Below are positions 1-9,010 of a DNA stretch of 64,000 nt, in pieces; the stretch's first letter is position 1; the number at the start of each line of letters is the position of its first letter. Below the pieces are notes generated by a model, which worked only from the letters and a program-made list of their open reading frames with translations, was not told where the DNA came from and did no database searches. Origin of the DNA: Gammaproteobacteria bacterium (GTDB lineage: Bacteria; Pseudomonadota; Gammaproteobacteria; Steroidobacterales; Rariloculaceae); NCBI GenBank assembly GCA_050485645.1, contig JBJHBT010000012.1, forward strand, positions 2,597 to 66,596, given 5' to 3'. Both the position numbers and the translations under genes were made by a program.

Positions 1-228
1 CGGGTCGTGCAGCGTCTCAAGCTCGAACAGTGTCGGCAGGCGCCAGTCGCTGTGTCCGTCCAGTTCCAGCGTCGCACAGTACCGGTTTGCCTCCGCCCAG
101 ACGACGTCCTCACCATTGCTGCGTCCCGACCACATCAACTCGCCTATCGTGAAGGCCTGTTGCGTGGTCGCGGTATCCGATTGTGCACAGGCAACCGACA
201 GCCAGAGACAGCCGATGACGGCCAGCAT
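1..228 (-). CDS. Partial putative lipoprotein with DUF1566/Lcl-like domain (C-terminal part cut off by window edge)
   Basis: Own minus-strand translation from ATG at 228: MLAVIGCLWLSVACAQSDTATTQQAFTIGELMWSGRSNGEDVVWAEANRYCATLELDGHSDWRLPTLFELETLHDP... It has a lipobox-like LSVAC and a W..A..YC...DWRLPT..EL pattern typical of DUF1566. Alternative in-frame ATG at 291. Absent from the ORF track because it runs off the window. Confidence 0.5.
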   Translation of the reverse strand, partial: MLAVIGCLWLSVACAQSDTATTQQAFTIGELMWSGRSNGEDVVWAEANRYCATLELDGHSDWRLPTLFELETLHDP

Positions 229-305
229 CCTGGCGATTATCGATGCTGTCCGGGTGGATGCTGCCCACGTCGATGCGATACCGCCGGGCATTGTGGTGCT
301 GCCGT

Positions 306-1643
306 TCATCGCTGGTCGACAACCGCCTGCATGACGGCCATCTCGAAGTCTTCGCGCAGGTTCGCGAAATACGTCTGCGACATCACTATGCCAACCAGAT
401 TCTGTTCGGGATCCACCCAGAAATGTGTGCCGTAGATGCCACTCCAGCCAAAGCTGCCCCTGCTCACCGCCGTACGGCTGGCGGCCGGATCGGTCACGAC
501 CCGTACGCCCAGACCATGCGCCTCACCGGGCCGGCGGCCGGGCAGGGTGTCCGGGATCAGTGGTGAAGACATGATCTGCACACTGCGCGGACTGAGAATC
601 CGCGCGCCATCCAGCTCGCCGCCATTGGCCAGCATCAATGCAAAGCGCGCATAGTCCGAGGCCGTGCTCATCAGCCCGCCGGCCGCGGAGAAGTACACCG
701 GGCTGGACATCGAATCCGGATCGGGCCGCGGATCGAGGTTGCCATCGGACCGCACGTAAGACCCTGCCAGCCGTTCGCGCTGCGATTCATCAGGCCAGAA
801 GAAGGTGTCGTTCATGCGCAGGGGGCGGAAAATGCGTTCGCGCAGGAACTGGTCGAAGGACTGTCCGGAGACGACCTCGACGATGCGGCTGATGACGTCG
901 AAACCGGCCAGCGCACTGTAGGCCCAGCGTTCACCCGGCTGGAACTCCAGCGGTGCTTCGGCGAGTCCGTGAATCCATCGCAGGCCGTCTTCATGTCGTC
1001 GCGCCGAATGCACGGTGCCCTCCGCATTGCTGATCTGACCGCTCATGACGCCGGAGGTATGCGTCAGCAGATCGAATACGGTAACCGGGCGATTCGCGGG
1101 AACGCTGTCGAACGGTGGCGGCCCGCTGGGTGGTCCGCCAGCGCCGAATCCGGCGCCGCCATCGGCACCCGGGTTGGCGCGCGTATCGGACGCGTCGCCT
1201 TCACGGCGAACAGCCACCTGCATGGATTCATATTCGGGCAGAAATCGCGAAGCCGGGTCGTTCAGCCGTACCCTGCCTTCCTCGACGAGGATCATCAGCG
1301 CGACCGTCCCGACGGGCTTGGACATCGACGCAATGCGGAAGAGGGTATCGGTGCGCATCGGCGTGCGTGATTCCAGGTCCCGGTAGCCATGTGCCTGCAG
1401 ATGCGCAATCTGGCCGTCGCGCGCGACCAGCGTGACGGCACCGGCGAATTCGCCGGTGGCCACGGCGCGGTCGGCGAACTCACCGATGCGCGCCAGTCGC
1501 TCCGCCGACAGGCCGACGTGATCGGGTCGGACGGTGTTCTGTGCCGTCGCGACCAGGGGGAGGGCGAGCAGGGCGAGCAGGGCGAGCAGGCGTCGTGCCT
1601 GGGAACTGATGAAAGGCCGTTGCATCGGATGTCCCCCGGACAT
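306..1643 (-). CDS. Secreted serine hydrolase, beta-lactamase (class C / PBP4-like) family
   Basis: 445-aa ORF. Signal peptide RRLLALLALLALPLVATAQ and SxxK active-site motif in FRIASMSKPVG. Alternative start at 1625 (MQRPF). Confidence 0.85.
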   Translation of the reverse strand: MSGGHPMQRPFISSQARRLLALLALLALPLVATAQNTVRPDHVGLSAERLARIGEFADRAVATGEFAGAVTLVARDGQIAHLQAHGYRDLESRTPMRTDTLFRIASMSKPVGTVALMILVEEGRVRLNDPASRFLPEYESMQVAVRREGDASDTRANPGADGGAGFGAGGPPSGPPPFDSVPANRPVTVFDLLTHTSGVMSGQISNAEGTVHSARRHEDGLRWIHGLAEAPLEFQPGERWAYSALAGFDVISRIVEVVSGQSFDQFLRERIFRPLRMNDTFFWPDESQRERLAGSYVRSDGNLDPRPDPDSMSSPVYFSAAGGLMSTASDYARFALMLANGGELDGARILSPRSVQIMSSPLIPDTLPGRRPGEAHGLGVRVVTDPAASRTAVSRGSFGWSGIYGTHFWVDPEQNLVGIVMSQTYFANLREDFEMAVMQAVVDQR

Positions 1644-1730
1644 TACTGATCTCCGGGTCGGCGCCCGGCTTCGGTTCGGCCGCGCCGCTGCGGGCGCTGG
1701 CGCCTGGTTACCGAGTGTACACGGATCGGA

Positions 1731-2963
1731 TCACGGTCTGGCAGTGCGCACCCTGGTGATCGCGGCCAGAAGGCCGATGCCGGCCACGGACAGCATGACC
1801 AGGGCCACGCTGTAGGGTCCCATCGGCAGCAGCATGCCGACCAGCTGCGCCAGTGCCGCACCGGCCAGCAGATGCAGAAAACCGAACAGTCCCGAGGCGG
1901 TGCCGGACAAAGGTCCGGCGCTCACCAGCAGCCCGACCTGTGCGCTGGGCAGCACCGCGCCGATCACTGTTGACAGGATCGCCATCGGGATGAAGAACCG
2001 CCACGGTGAGAAGCCGCTTCCCAGCGCCAGTCCCAGTGCCAGTGCGCACAGCAGCACTGACATGACCGATGTGATCACCACCAGCCGCTCCCTGTCCCAG
2101 CCGCCGGCGAAGCGGCCCGCGATCAGGCTGCCGATCAGATAGCCCGTGGGCACGATCATGAAGTGCCAGCCGTAGGCACTCGCCGACAACCCGAAGTGAT
2201 CCATCGCGACATAGGGCGCGCCGGAAATGAATGACATGAATATGCCGAACATCATCGACCCGAACAGCGCATAGCGCACATAGGCGCCACGCAGCAGCAG
2301 GGCGCCGTAGTCGGCCAGTGGCAGCAGCGCGCCACGGCGGGCGGACGGGTCGAAAGGTGCCGTTTCCGGCAGCCGCAGCGCGAGCAGGCCGGTCAGCCAC
2401 AGCGCGATCAGTCCGACGGCAATGAACACGCTGCGCCATCCGAACGCATCGATGAGCTGGCCGCCGATGACGGGGCCGATCAGCGGCGCCAGCGCCATGG
2501 CGGCGGTGATGTAGCCGATCAGACTGCTCGCACGCTCGTCGCCATAGACATCGCGAACGATGACACGCGCCAGCACCAGGCCGGCGGTTGCACCTGCTGC
2601 CTGAATACCGCGTCCGGCGATGACGATCCACACGGAGGGCGCGGCCGCGCAGATGGCCGAGCCGATGACCGTCAGCACGATGCCCGCGAGCAGCACCGGC
2701 TTGCGTCCGTAGCGGTCGGCCAGCGTGCCGTACAACAGCGAACTCAGCGCCATGGTGATCAGTGACACCGTCAGAGTCAGCTGCGCGACCGCGGTGGACA
2801 CCGAGAATTCGCTCTGGATGACCGGGATCGCCGGGATGAACGAGGACATCGCCAGCGGACCCAGGGCGGTGGCGAGCACGAGCATCAGGATCAGCGTGGC
2901 CGATCCCGGCGGTCGGCGCGTATGGTGCGCGGCCGTCACGGTGTACTGGGCGTTGTCGTTCAT
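1731..2963 (-). CDS. MFS transporter, Bcr/CflA-type drug efflux family
   Basis: 410-aa polytopic ORF. GTLADRYGRKPVLLAG loop motif and RGIQAAGA are typical of Bcr/CflA MFS pumps. Confidence 0.85.
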   Translation of the reverse strand: MNDNAQYTVTAAHHTRRPPGSATLILMLVLATALGPLAMSSFIPAIPVIQSEFSVSTAVAQLTLTVSLITMALSSLLYGTLADRYGRKPVLLAGIVLTVIGSAICAAAPSVWIVIAGRGIQAAGATAGLVLARVIVRDVYGDERASSLIGYITAAMALAPLIGPVIGGQLIDAFGWRSVFIAVGLIALWLTGLLALRLPETAPFDPSARRGALLPLADYGALLLRGAYVRYALFGSMMFGIFMSFISGAPYVAMDHFGLSASAYGWHFMIVPTGYLIGSLIAGRFAGGWDRERLVVITSVMSVLLCALALGLALGSGFSPWRFFIPMAILSTVIGAVLPSAQVGLLVSAGPLSGTASGLFGFLHLLAGAALAQLVGMLLPMGPYSVALVMLSVAGIGLLAAITRVRTARP

Positions 2964-3002
2964 CGGGTTGTGCGGGTATCGGGCGGGCGTGGTGCGTGAT
3001 CG

Positions 3003-3905
3003 TCAGATCGGGTCGCGGGTGCTGAGCATGGCGATCTGGCCACGGCGTGCGTGACGGATCAGTTCACATGTGAACAGTATCAGTGCGATCCAGACCAGCG
3101 CAAACGCCACCAGCCGCGCAATCGGCATCGGCTCGCGGAATACGAAGACACCGATCAGAAACTGCAGCAGCGGCGCGATGTACTGCAGTATGCCCAGGGT
3201 GGTCAGTGCAACCCGGTTCGCGGCTGCGGCAAACAGCAGCAGCGGTACGGCGGTGATCGCGCCGGAAGCCACGAGCAGCATGGAGTGCATCGCACCCGCG
3301 GTGGCGAATGTGGCGCCGCTGCCGGCATGCAGCCAGTACAGAAACAGCAGTGCCGGCAGGGCGAGTACGGCAGCTTCCATCGTCAGGCCCTCGGTCGGCG
3401 GCAGGCCCAGGCGCTTCTTGATGAGTCCGTAGCTGCCGAAACTGAGTGCCAGGACCAGTGCGATGTAAGGCGGTTGTCCATGGTCGAGCGTCAGCAGCAT
3501 CACGCCGGCGGCGCCGAATCCCATCGCCACCCACTGCAGTGCGCGCAGTCGCTCGCCGAGCACGCAGACTCCCAGCAGCACGGTCACCAGCGGGGTGATG
3601 AAGTAACCCAGCGAGGTCTCCACGACACGGTCGGTGTGTACCCCATGGATGTAGGTGCCCCAGTTGATGGCGATGGCAAGCGCCGCGAACGCGATGCCCG
3701 GCAGCACGCCGCGTCTGCGCAGCATTGGCCGCAGCGATCCGATGCGCCGTATGGCGATCAGCGTCAGTACGAGAAAGGCGAGGGACCAGACGATCCGGTG
3801 TGCGAGCACCTCGAGTGGGCCGGCCGCCGCCAGCAGTCGGAAGTACAGCGGGAAAAAGCCCCACAGCAGGTAGGCGGCGATGCCGTAGAGGTATCCGGAT
3901 TGCAT
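3003..3905 (-). CDS. rarD: EamA/RarD family permease
   Basis: 300-aa membrane ORF starting MQSGYLYGIAAYLLWGFFPLYFRLL, the characteristic RarD N-terminus. About 10 predicted TM helices. Confidence 0.8.
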   Translation of the reverse strand: MQSGYLYGIAAYLLWGFFPLYFRLLAAAGPLEVLAHRIVWSLAFLVLTLIAIRRIGSLRPMLRRRGVLPGIAFAALAIAINWGTYIHGVHTDRVVETSLGYFITPLVTVLLGVCVLGERLRALQWVAMGFGAAGVMLLTLDHGQPPYIALVLALSFGSYGLIKKRLGLPPTEGLTMEAAVLALPALLFLYWLHAGSGATFATAGAMHSMLLVASGAITAVPLLLFAAAANRVALTTLGILQYIAPLLQFLIGVFVFREPMPIARLVAFALVWIALILFTCELIRHARRGQIAMLSTRDPI

Positions 3906-3933
3906 TGGCGAAGGCCCGGAAACGGGCGCAGGA

Positions 3934-5106
3934 TCAGCGTGCGCTCAGCGCGATCGGCTGAATGTCCCGAGGCGGGTCTTTCAGCAGGGCGGCCCAGAAC
4001 GACACCGTCAGCTCGCTGACGATATTGCTTTCCGCGTTGGTCAGAATGATGAGGCCCACATCGCGGTTGCGGGACATGGAAATGTCGGCACGAAAGCCCG
4101 ACACCCATCCACCATGATAGATCAGCGGCTCTTCGCCGAACCGATATACACGCCAGCCCAGTCCGTAATACGCGTCGGTGAGATGGCCGCGCCAGTGATT
4201 GCGGTTCATGTCGCTGCGGACGCGGATGGCCGGACTGGTGGCCAGTTCGACGACATCGGCAGGCAGCACATCCTCGCGGTGACCAAGCAGTGCGATCAGC
4301 CACTCGGCCATGTCCAGCGCGCTGGCGTTCACCCCTGCCGCGGGACTGACGCGATAGTAGTTCGGCGTAACGGCACTCTGTCGCCACAGCTTGGCGCGCA
4401 CCCGCACATGCGGTTCGGCGCGGTTCTGTGTCGCGATGAACGGCTCATAGCCGACGGACGCGTTGCGCATGCCCAGCGGCTCGAAGAATCGCTGCGTCAG
4501 CAGCTGCGAATATCCGATGCTCGTCACCGACTCCAGCACCGGCTCGATCAGGCTGAATGTTCCGTTCTGATAGGTGTAGCACGTGCCGGGCTGACACAGC
4601 GGGGCGATGGTCCGGAAATGCGGGATGATCTCGTCCAGCGTCTTGCCGGCCTCGATCAGGTTGTCGTAGGCGTTGGACACGAAGCCGGTGGTCTGCGCAA
4701 GCACATCCCGCACCGTGATGAGCTGATGCGGCCCCTGGAACTCGAAATCCGGCCGGAACCGCGTGATCGGGTCGTCGAACGCGAAACCGCCTTCGCGCGC
4801 GACCAGTGCCGCGACCGTGCCGGCGAAGCCCTTCGATACCGAAGCCAGGCGAAATACCGTCTCCGGGTCCACCGCTCGGCCACTGCCCAGGTCTGTGCGC
4901 CCGAAGCTGCCGATCCTCACCACGCGGCCATCGGCGACAACCGCATAGGCGCCGCCGGGAATGGCTTCTTCCGTGAGCATCTGGTGAAACTGGCGCTCGA
5001 AGGCGAGAACGTGATCCAGCATGCCGTTGAACGGGTCCGCGAGCACGGGCGTCCCGGACAGTGCGAACACGGCGGCCAGGGCGGCAGTCGGCGCGAATGG
5101 TCTCAT
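3934..5106 (-). CDS. Secreted serine hydrolase, beta-lactamase family (second copy in this flank)
   Basis: 390-aa ORF. Signal peptide MRPFAPTAALAAVFALSGTPVLA and SxxK motif in FRLASVSKGFAG. Confidence 0.85.
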   Translation of the reverse strand: MRPFAPTAALAAVFALSGTPVLADPFNGMLDHVLAFERQFHQMLTEEAIPGGAYAVVADGRVVRIGSFGRTDLGSGRAVDPETVFRLASVSKGFAGTVAALVAREGGFAFDDPITRFRPDFEFQGPHQLITVRDVLAQTTGFVSNAYDNLIEAGKTLDEIIPHFRTIAPLCQPGTCYTYQNGTFSLIEPVLESVTSIGYSQLLTQRFFEPLGMRNASVGYEPFIATQNRAEPHVRVRAKLWRQSAVTPNYYRVSPAAGVNASALDMAEWLIALLGHREDVLPADVVELATSPAIRVRSDMNRNHWRGHLTDAYYGLGWRVYRFGEEPLIYHGGWVSGFRADISMSRNRDVGLIILTNAESNIVSELTVSFWAALLKDPPRDIQPIALSAR

Positions 5107-5246
5107 CGGCTGTGGAACTGATTGACTGAACCCGCTGGGATTCTAAACCAGCTGACGGTGGTTATGTCTACCGACCGCGTCAGGGTATTGCCGCGAGGTC
5201 GCCGGCCGGTGTCTGCAGGTGGGCCGCCATGCGTGGGCGGGCATCG

Positions 5247-5876
5247 TCAGCGACGTCGTGATCGCATCAGGAAGTAGTACACGATGCCCGTTGCCGCGCC
5301 ACCCAGATGTGCGCCGTGGCCGATCGGCAGACCACCGCCCTCGTACTGGGCGAACAGGCCCCACAGGTCGATCGCGATGAACGCCAGCGCCGCGACCAGC
5401 GCCGGTACCGGAATCACACCGAACAGCAGGATCTTGTGGCGCGGAAAAATCATGGCGAACAGCAGCAGCAGACCGGCGACGGCACCGGATGCACCCAGTG
5501 CGGCCTGGTCGGGAGGCAGGTTGAGCAGGACGGTGGAGGTCACGACATGGGCCAGCGAGCTGACGACAGCGGCGATCAGATAGAACTGCAGGAACTGCCG
5601 CGTGCCCATCAGCTGTTCCATCGCCAGGCCGAAGCTCCACAGCACGAACATGTTGATCAGCAGATGAAACAGCATGTTGTGCGAAAACGCCGCGGTGATC
5701 AGCACCCAGTACCTGCCGGCGTCCAGAAGCTCTCGGCTGACCAGGAAATTGTCCAGCACCAGTTCGGGAGCAACCATGCCCCGGAAGGCGCCCTGCCAGA
5801 GCAGGAAGACCAGCAGATTCAGGCCGATGAGGACGTAGACGACGTTGATGGCGCGCGCGTTGTACTGATAGCTCAT
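5247..5876 (-). CDS. Rhomboid family intramembrane serine protease
   Basis: 209-aa ORF with 6 TM-like segments. Contains GASGAVAG (GxSG catalytic Ser) and a downstream HLGG catalytic His context. Confidence 0.85.
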   Translation of the reverse strand: MSYQYNARAINVVYVLIGLNLLVFLLWQGAFRGMVAPELVLDNFLVSRELLDAGRYWVLITAAFSHNMLFHLLINMFVLWSFGLAMEQLMGTRQFLQFYLIAAVVSSLAHVVTSTVLLNLPPDQAALGASGAVAGLLLLFAMIFPRHKILLFGVIPVPALVAALAFIAIDLWGLFAQYEGGGLPIGHGAHLGGAATGIVYYFLMRSRRR

Positions 5877-5964
5877 GGCGGCATCATAAGGCTTTCGGTC
5901 GCGACGGCGCCAACGGCATGGCTACTGCAGAGGCCACCGCAGGCTGCGTGCGACGACGCCCCGG

Positions 5965-6390
5965 TCAGCAGACGGCGTTGTGACGGCTGACCGGCCCCGC
6001 GGTGCACTGCCCGTGCGCCGAATACGCCACGGCGTGGCCGTGTCCGAGCAATGCCAGCGTGCCGGCAACCCGCTGTCCCAGCGTGGCGATTGCGGCGCCG
6101 GCGGCGGCATTGAGCGTGCGGCAGCGGTCGGTGATCGCAGCGAGTTCCTTCGCATGCGGTGCCGTGGGGTCCGACAGGGTGTTCGCGATGGCGTCGTTGC
6201 GGCGCCAGAAGCGGTCGACCCGGCCAAGCTGCGCGCGTTTGGTACTGGTGGCGGCGATCAGCGCCTCGTGATCGTGTTGAGCCAGCGCCTCGAGCTCGAG
6301 CTCGATGGCCCGCGCGAGTTCATCAAGCAGGTCGATCAACTGCTGCCGCGGTGGTGCGGCCGCGGCCCCTGTCGATGGATGGTCGGTCAT
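5965..6390 (-). CDS. flgN: Flagellar export chaperone FlgN-like protein
   Basis: 141-aa helical ORF directly downstream of flgM on the same strand. The coiled LIDLLDELARAIELELEALAQHDHEAL region resembles FlgN. Call rests on position plus weak similarity. Confidence 0.6.
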   Translation of the reverse strand: MTDHPSTGAAAAPPRQQLIDLLDELARAIELELEALAQHDHEALIAATSTKRAQLGRVDRFWRRNDAIANTLSDPTAPHAKELAAITDRCRTLNAAAGAAIATLGQRVAGTLALLGHGHAVAYSAHGQCTAGPVSRHNAVC

Positions 6391-6405
6391 TCGATCCTCC
6401 GGCGG

Positions 6406-6744
6406 TCAGCGCGGCAGTCCCGTCTCGAGCCGGATCAGACCGGCTGCGATACGTTCAGGATTCACCTGGTAGGTGCCATTGGCGATCGCGTCGCGGATGC
6501 TCTGGACGCGCTGGCTGTCCAGCGGCGCGCCGGCTTCATCGGCTGCCGCCAGGATGCTGCGGGCGGTGGGTGTCAGTGTGACCTGCTCACTGGCGGGTTC
6601 GCGCTGCGCGGCCTGCTGCCGTACTTCGCCTCGTCCGGTTTCCGGCTTGATCGCGTCGACCGGTTCGATTCTGGAAACGCCGTTGGTGTTCTTGATATCC
6701 ATCACTTCAGCCTTGTCAGGTACCCTGCGGACCCCGCAATCCAT
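6406..6744 (-). CDS. flgM: Anti-sigma-28 factor FlgM
   Basis: C-terminal SQRVQSIRDAIANGTYQVNPERIAAGLI matches the FlgM sigma-28-binding region. The likelier start may be the internal ATG at 6702 (MDIKNTNG, AAGG 9 nt upstream). It lies between flgA and flgN. Confidence 0.8.
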   Translation of the reverse strand: MDCGVRRVPDKAEVMDIKNTNGVSRIEPVDAIKPETGRGEVRQQAAQREPASEQVTLTPTARSILAAADEAGAPLDSQRVQSIRDAIANGTYQVNPERIAAGLIRLETGLPR

Positions 6745-6766
6745 GAATACAGGGGCTCCATAGGGA

Positions 6767-6794
6767 ACATCGGCAGCGGAATCCGGATCTTTAG
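6767..6794 (-). promoter_or_regulatory. Sigma-28 (FliA) type promoter for flgM-flgN
   Basis: Minus strand reads CTAAAG-N14-GCCGATGT (plus strand ACATCGGC-N15-TTTA). Consensus is TAAA-N15-GCCGATAA; the -10 matches 6/8 and the -35 TAAAG is exact. Confidence 0.6.
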
Positions 6795-6919
6795 GGCTCG
6801 GTCAGAAATAACTTGGCATTCCTGGCCGCCGATCCATCCCGTTCGGCTGCGTTGCTCGTCGCTTACACATCAACAATATGCGCGCTCCTCGCGCCCTGCC
6901 AGTCACTCTGCCGGTCGTG

Positions 6920-7762
6920 CTACCAGCCGGCGACCACCGTACCGTCCGCGTCGACCGTACCCTCGATGATCCGCCCGGAGCGGGTGTTGCGAACCCGCAG
7001 CCGCTGGCCCTCGGCCGCGTCGGCCAGCGCCTCGCCCTCGCCCTGTACCAGAAAGCTGTCCCGGCCCGAGCGGATGACCACGCGCTCGCCGCGTCGGACC
7101 AGTCGAGCCGGTTCCAGCATGTCGGGTGTGATGGCCGTGCCTGGCCTGACCGCGCGGCGCATCACCATGCCCTCGACGTCCGCGATCGTCGTCATGTAGC
7201 CACCGCCCAGCGTCGCGAGATTGCGTGATTCCATACCCAGATGCGTGGCCGTCAGCTGATCGCCGCGGTTCGCCGGCGCCACCAGCACCAGAACCTGCGC
7301 CAGCACCTCAACCCGCACCGGCACATACAGCGACCACGCGATCGCGCCGGTGCAGCGTACACCGACCGTCATGCTCGGCCCGGTGCGCTGGCCGGGCGGT
7401 TCGAATGCCACCGGCGTCGTCGGACATTGCGGCAGACGCAGCCTCGAATCCAGTACCGCGGTTTCGATGTTCACGGCGGCGTCCCGCGGCGCCGCAGCCC
7501 GTGCCTGCGCGAGCGCGTGTGCGCCGGCAACAGCGGTGATGCGTTCATGCGCCTCGAACGCCGGTGTCGCCGCCATCGCCGGTGTCGCCGCCATCGCACA
7601 GATCGCGGCCAGCGACAGCGCGTTTGTGCGTTTCAGAAGGGTGATGCATCGGGTCGGGCACCCACGCATCGGCCCTGTCGCCCGGTTCGTCCCGTTCGCC
7701 CGGCCGGCTGGCGGTTCATGGTCGGCTCCGGCCATCGCCTGTTCGCTGTTGCTGTGCTGCAT
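6920..7762 (-). CDS. flgA: Flagellar basal-body P-ring formation chaperone FlgA
   Basis: C-terminal SAF-like RVRNTRSGRIIEGTVDADGTVVAGW. Divergent from flgB. The true start is probably internal, giving the signal peptide LSLAAICAMAATPAMA. Confidence 0.8.
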   Translation of the reverse strand: MQHSNSEQAMAGADHEPPAGRANGTNRATGPMRGCPTRCITLLKRTNALSLAAICAMAATPAMAATPAFEAHERITAVAGAHALAQARAAAPRDAAVNIETAVLDSRLRLPQCPTTPVAFEPPGQRTGPSMTVGVRCTGAIAWSLYVPVRVEVLAQVLVLVAPANRGDQLTATHLGMESRNLATLGGGYMTTIADVEGMVMRRAVRPGTAITPDMLEPARLVRRGERVVIRSGRDSFLVQGEGEALADAAEGQRLRVRNTRSGRIIEGTVDADGTVVAGW

Positions 7763-8046
7763 GAGTCGCTGCCTGTCACCTGTTCATACTCAATCGCCAC
7801 AGGGTGTTGCAAGGCGCATGCCACCGGAAGCGGTTGATGCGCCGGTTGTCGCCCGTGGCTGCCTGCGCGTCCGTTGGCGTGGCCGATACCCATCCGTTCA
7901 ACGGCCCGCGCGGCGACAGCGGCAGCCTCTGTGGACGGTCTCTGTGGTCGATGTTTGCCGGAAAAGCGGCAACGGATTGCCGCTGCGATCCGCCGCCGCG
8001 GCCGGCTCAGCCGGCGTTGCCCGGACGCACCGCGCCTGTCGCGAGT

Positions 8047-8062
8047 TGGCATGGCTCTTGCT
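8047..8062 (+). promoter_or_regulatory. Sigma-54 promoter upstream of flgB
   Basis: TGGCAT-GGCTC-TTGCT versus consensus TGGCAC-N5-TTGCW. GG and GC are at the correct -24/-12 spacing, 38 nt upstream of the flgB GTG. Confidence 0.75.
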
Positions 8063-8099
8063 CAGAGGTCTGCACAGCGATGCTCACGGAAGCACAACG

Positions 8100-8504
8100 G
8101 TGAACAAACTTCTCGATGCCGCACTCGGCATACAGCCACAGGCCATGAGCCTCAATGCACAGCGTCTTGAGTTGCTGGCCGCCAACATGGCCAACGCCGA
8201 TACGCCGGGCTACAAGGCACGCGATATCGATTTTCGCGCTGCGCTGGATCGTGCCGTTTCGGCGACCGATGGCGCTGCGTCGCGACTGCGCGCCACGAAG
8301 GCCGGTCATCAGCATGCCGATGGCACCGTCGGTGGTGCGCAACTCAGGTATCGCGTACCGAACCATCCGTCGCTGGACGGCAATACGGTGGACAGCCAGC
8401 TGGAGCAGGCCGCGTTCGCCGAGGCCTCGGTGCGCTATCAGGCCAGCCTGGATTTTCTTGAAAGCCGTATCGCCGGCGTACGCAAGGCGCTGCGCGGCGA
8501 GTGA
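8100..8504 (+). CDS. flgB: Flagellar basal-body rod protein FlgB
   Basis: GTG at 8100 gives VNKLLDAALGIQPQAMSLNAQRLELLAANMANADTPGYKARD, the canonical FlgB N-terminus. The track ORF from 7350 is an upstream read-through artefact crossing the sigma-54 promoter. Confidence 0.9.
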   Translation: MNKLLDAALGIQPQAMSLNAQRLELLAANMANADTPGYKARDIDFRAALDRAVSATDGAASRLRATKAGHQHADGTVGGAQLRYRVPNHPSLDGNTVDSQLEQAAFAEASVRYQASLDFLESRIAGVRKALRGE

Positions 8505-8577
8505 TCAGGCGGCTAACCGAAGATGAAGCGAGTTTCGTGATGAGCAGTGGGCGATCAACCAGTTCCGGAGAGATTCA

Positions 8578-8994
8578 ATGAGTCTGTTCAATGTGTTCGA
8601 CCTGTCTGGCGGTGCGCTCAGTGCGCAGTCCGTACGGCTGAATACCGTAGCCAGCAACATAGCCAATGCCGAAGTCGCCAGTTCCACGGCGGAAGGCGCG
8701 TACCGCGCACGCCATCCGGTGTTCTCCGCGGTGCTTGAGCAGATGTCGGCGAAACCCGGGGTCGCCGGCGTGCGCGTCGATGGCATTGTCGAGAGCACGC
8801 TGCCGCCGCGCATGGAGCACATGCCCGGTCATCCGCTCGCCAACGAAGACGGCTACGTGTTCTTTCCATCGGTGAACGTGGTGGAGCAGATGGCCGACAT
8901 GATGTCCGCGTCGCGCGGTTACCAGAACAACGTTGAAGTCATGAACACCGTCAAACAGCTGATGCTGCGAACGCTGCAGCTTGGCCGGCCGTAA
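8578..8994 (+). CDS. flgC: Flagellar basal-body rod protein FlgC
   Basis: MSLFNVFDLSGGALSAQSVRLNTVASNIANAEV and C-terminal GYQNNVEVMNTVKQLMLRTLQLG. GGAG RBS. Confidence 0.95.
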   Translation: MSLFNVFDLSGGALSAQSVRLNTVASNIANAEVASSTAEGAYRARHPVFSAVLEQMSAKPGVAGVRVDGIVESTLPPRMEHMPGHPLANEDGYVFFPSVNVVEQMADMMSASRGYQNNVEVMNTVKQLMLRTLQLGRP

Positions 8995-9010
8995 TCGGAG
9001 CCCCTGAAGC

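Noticed and set aside
6814-6829. TGGCAT-TCCTG-GCCG, sigma-54-like on the plus strand between flgM and flgA
   Set aside because: GC is not at the -12 position (GG-N10 gives CG), and it points antisense into flgA.
3051-6969. Plus-strand ORFs 3051-4019 (322 aa), 4114-5121 (335 aa), 5307-5990 and 5980-6969 (329 aa)
   Set aside because: They lie opposite rarD, the second serine hydrolase, the rhomboid gene, flgN and flgM, all of which have clear motifs. These are shadow ORFs.
7882-7889. GCCGATAC, a sigma-28 -10-like octamer in the flgA-flgB intergenic region
   Set aside because: There is no TAAA-like -35 at N15 (the sequence there is CTGC).
7350-8099. Upstream extensions of ORF-track entries (7350 for flgB, plus 13177, 30678, 31435, 36140, 38881, 46117, 56456 and 58890)
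   Set aside because: The family-typical N-termini begin at internal starts, often with an RBS or start/stop overlap with the preceding gene. The extensions overlap upstream genes or cross sigma-54 promoters.
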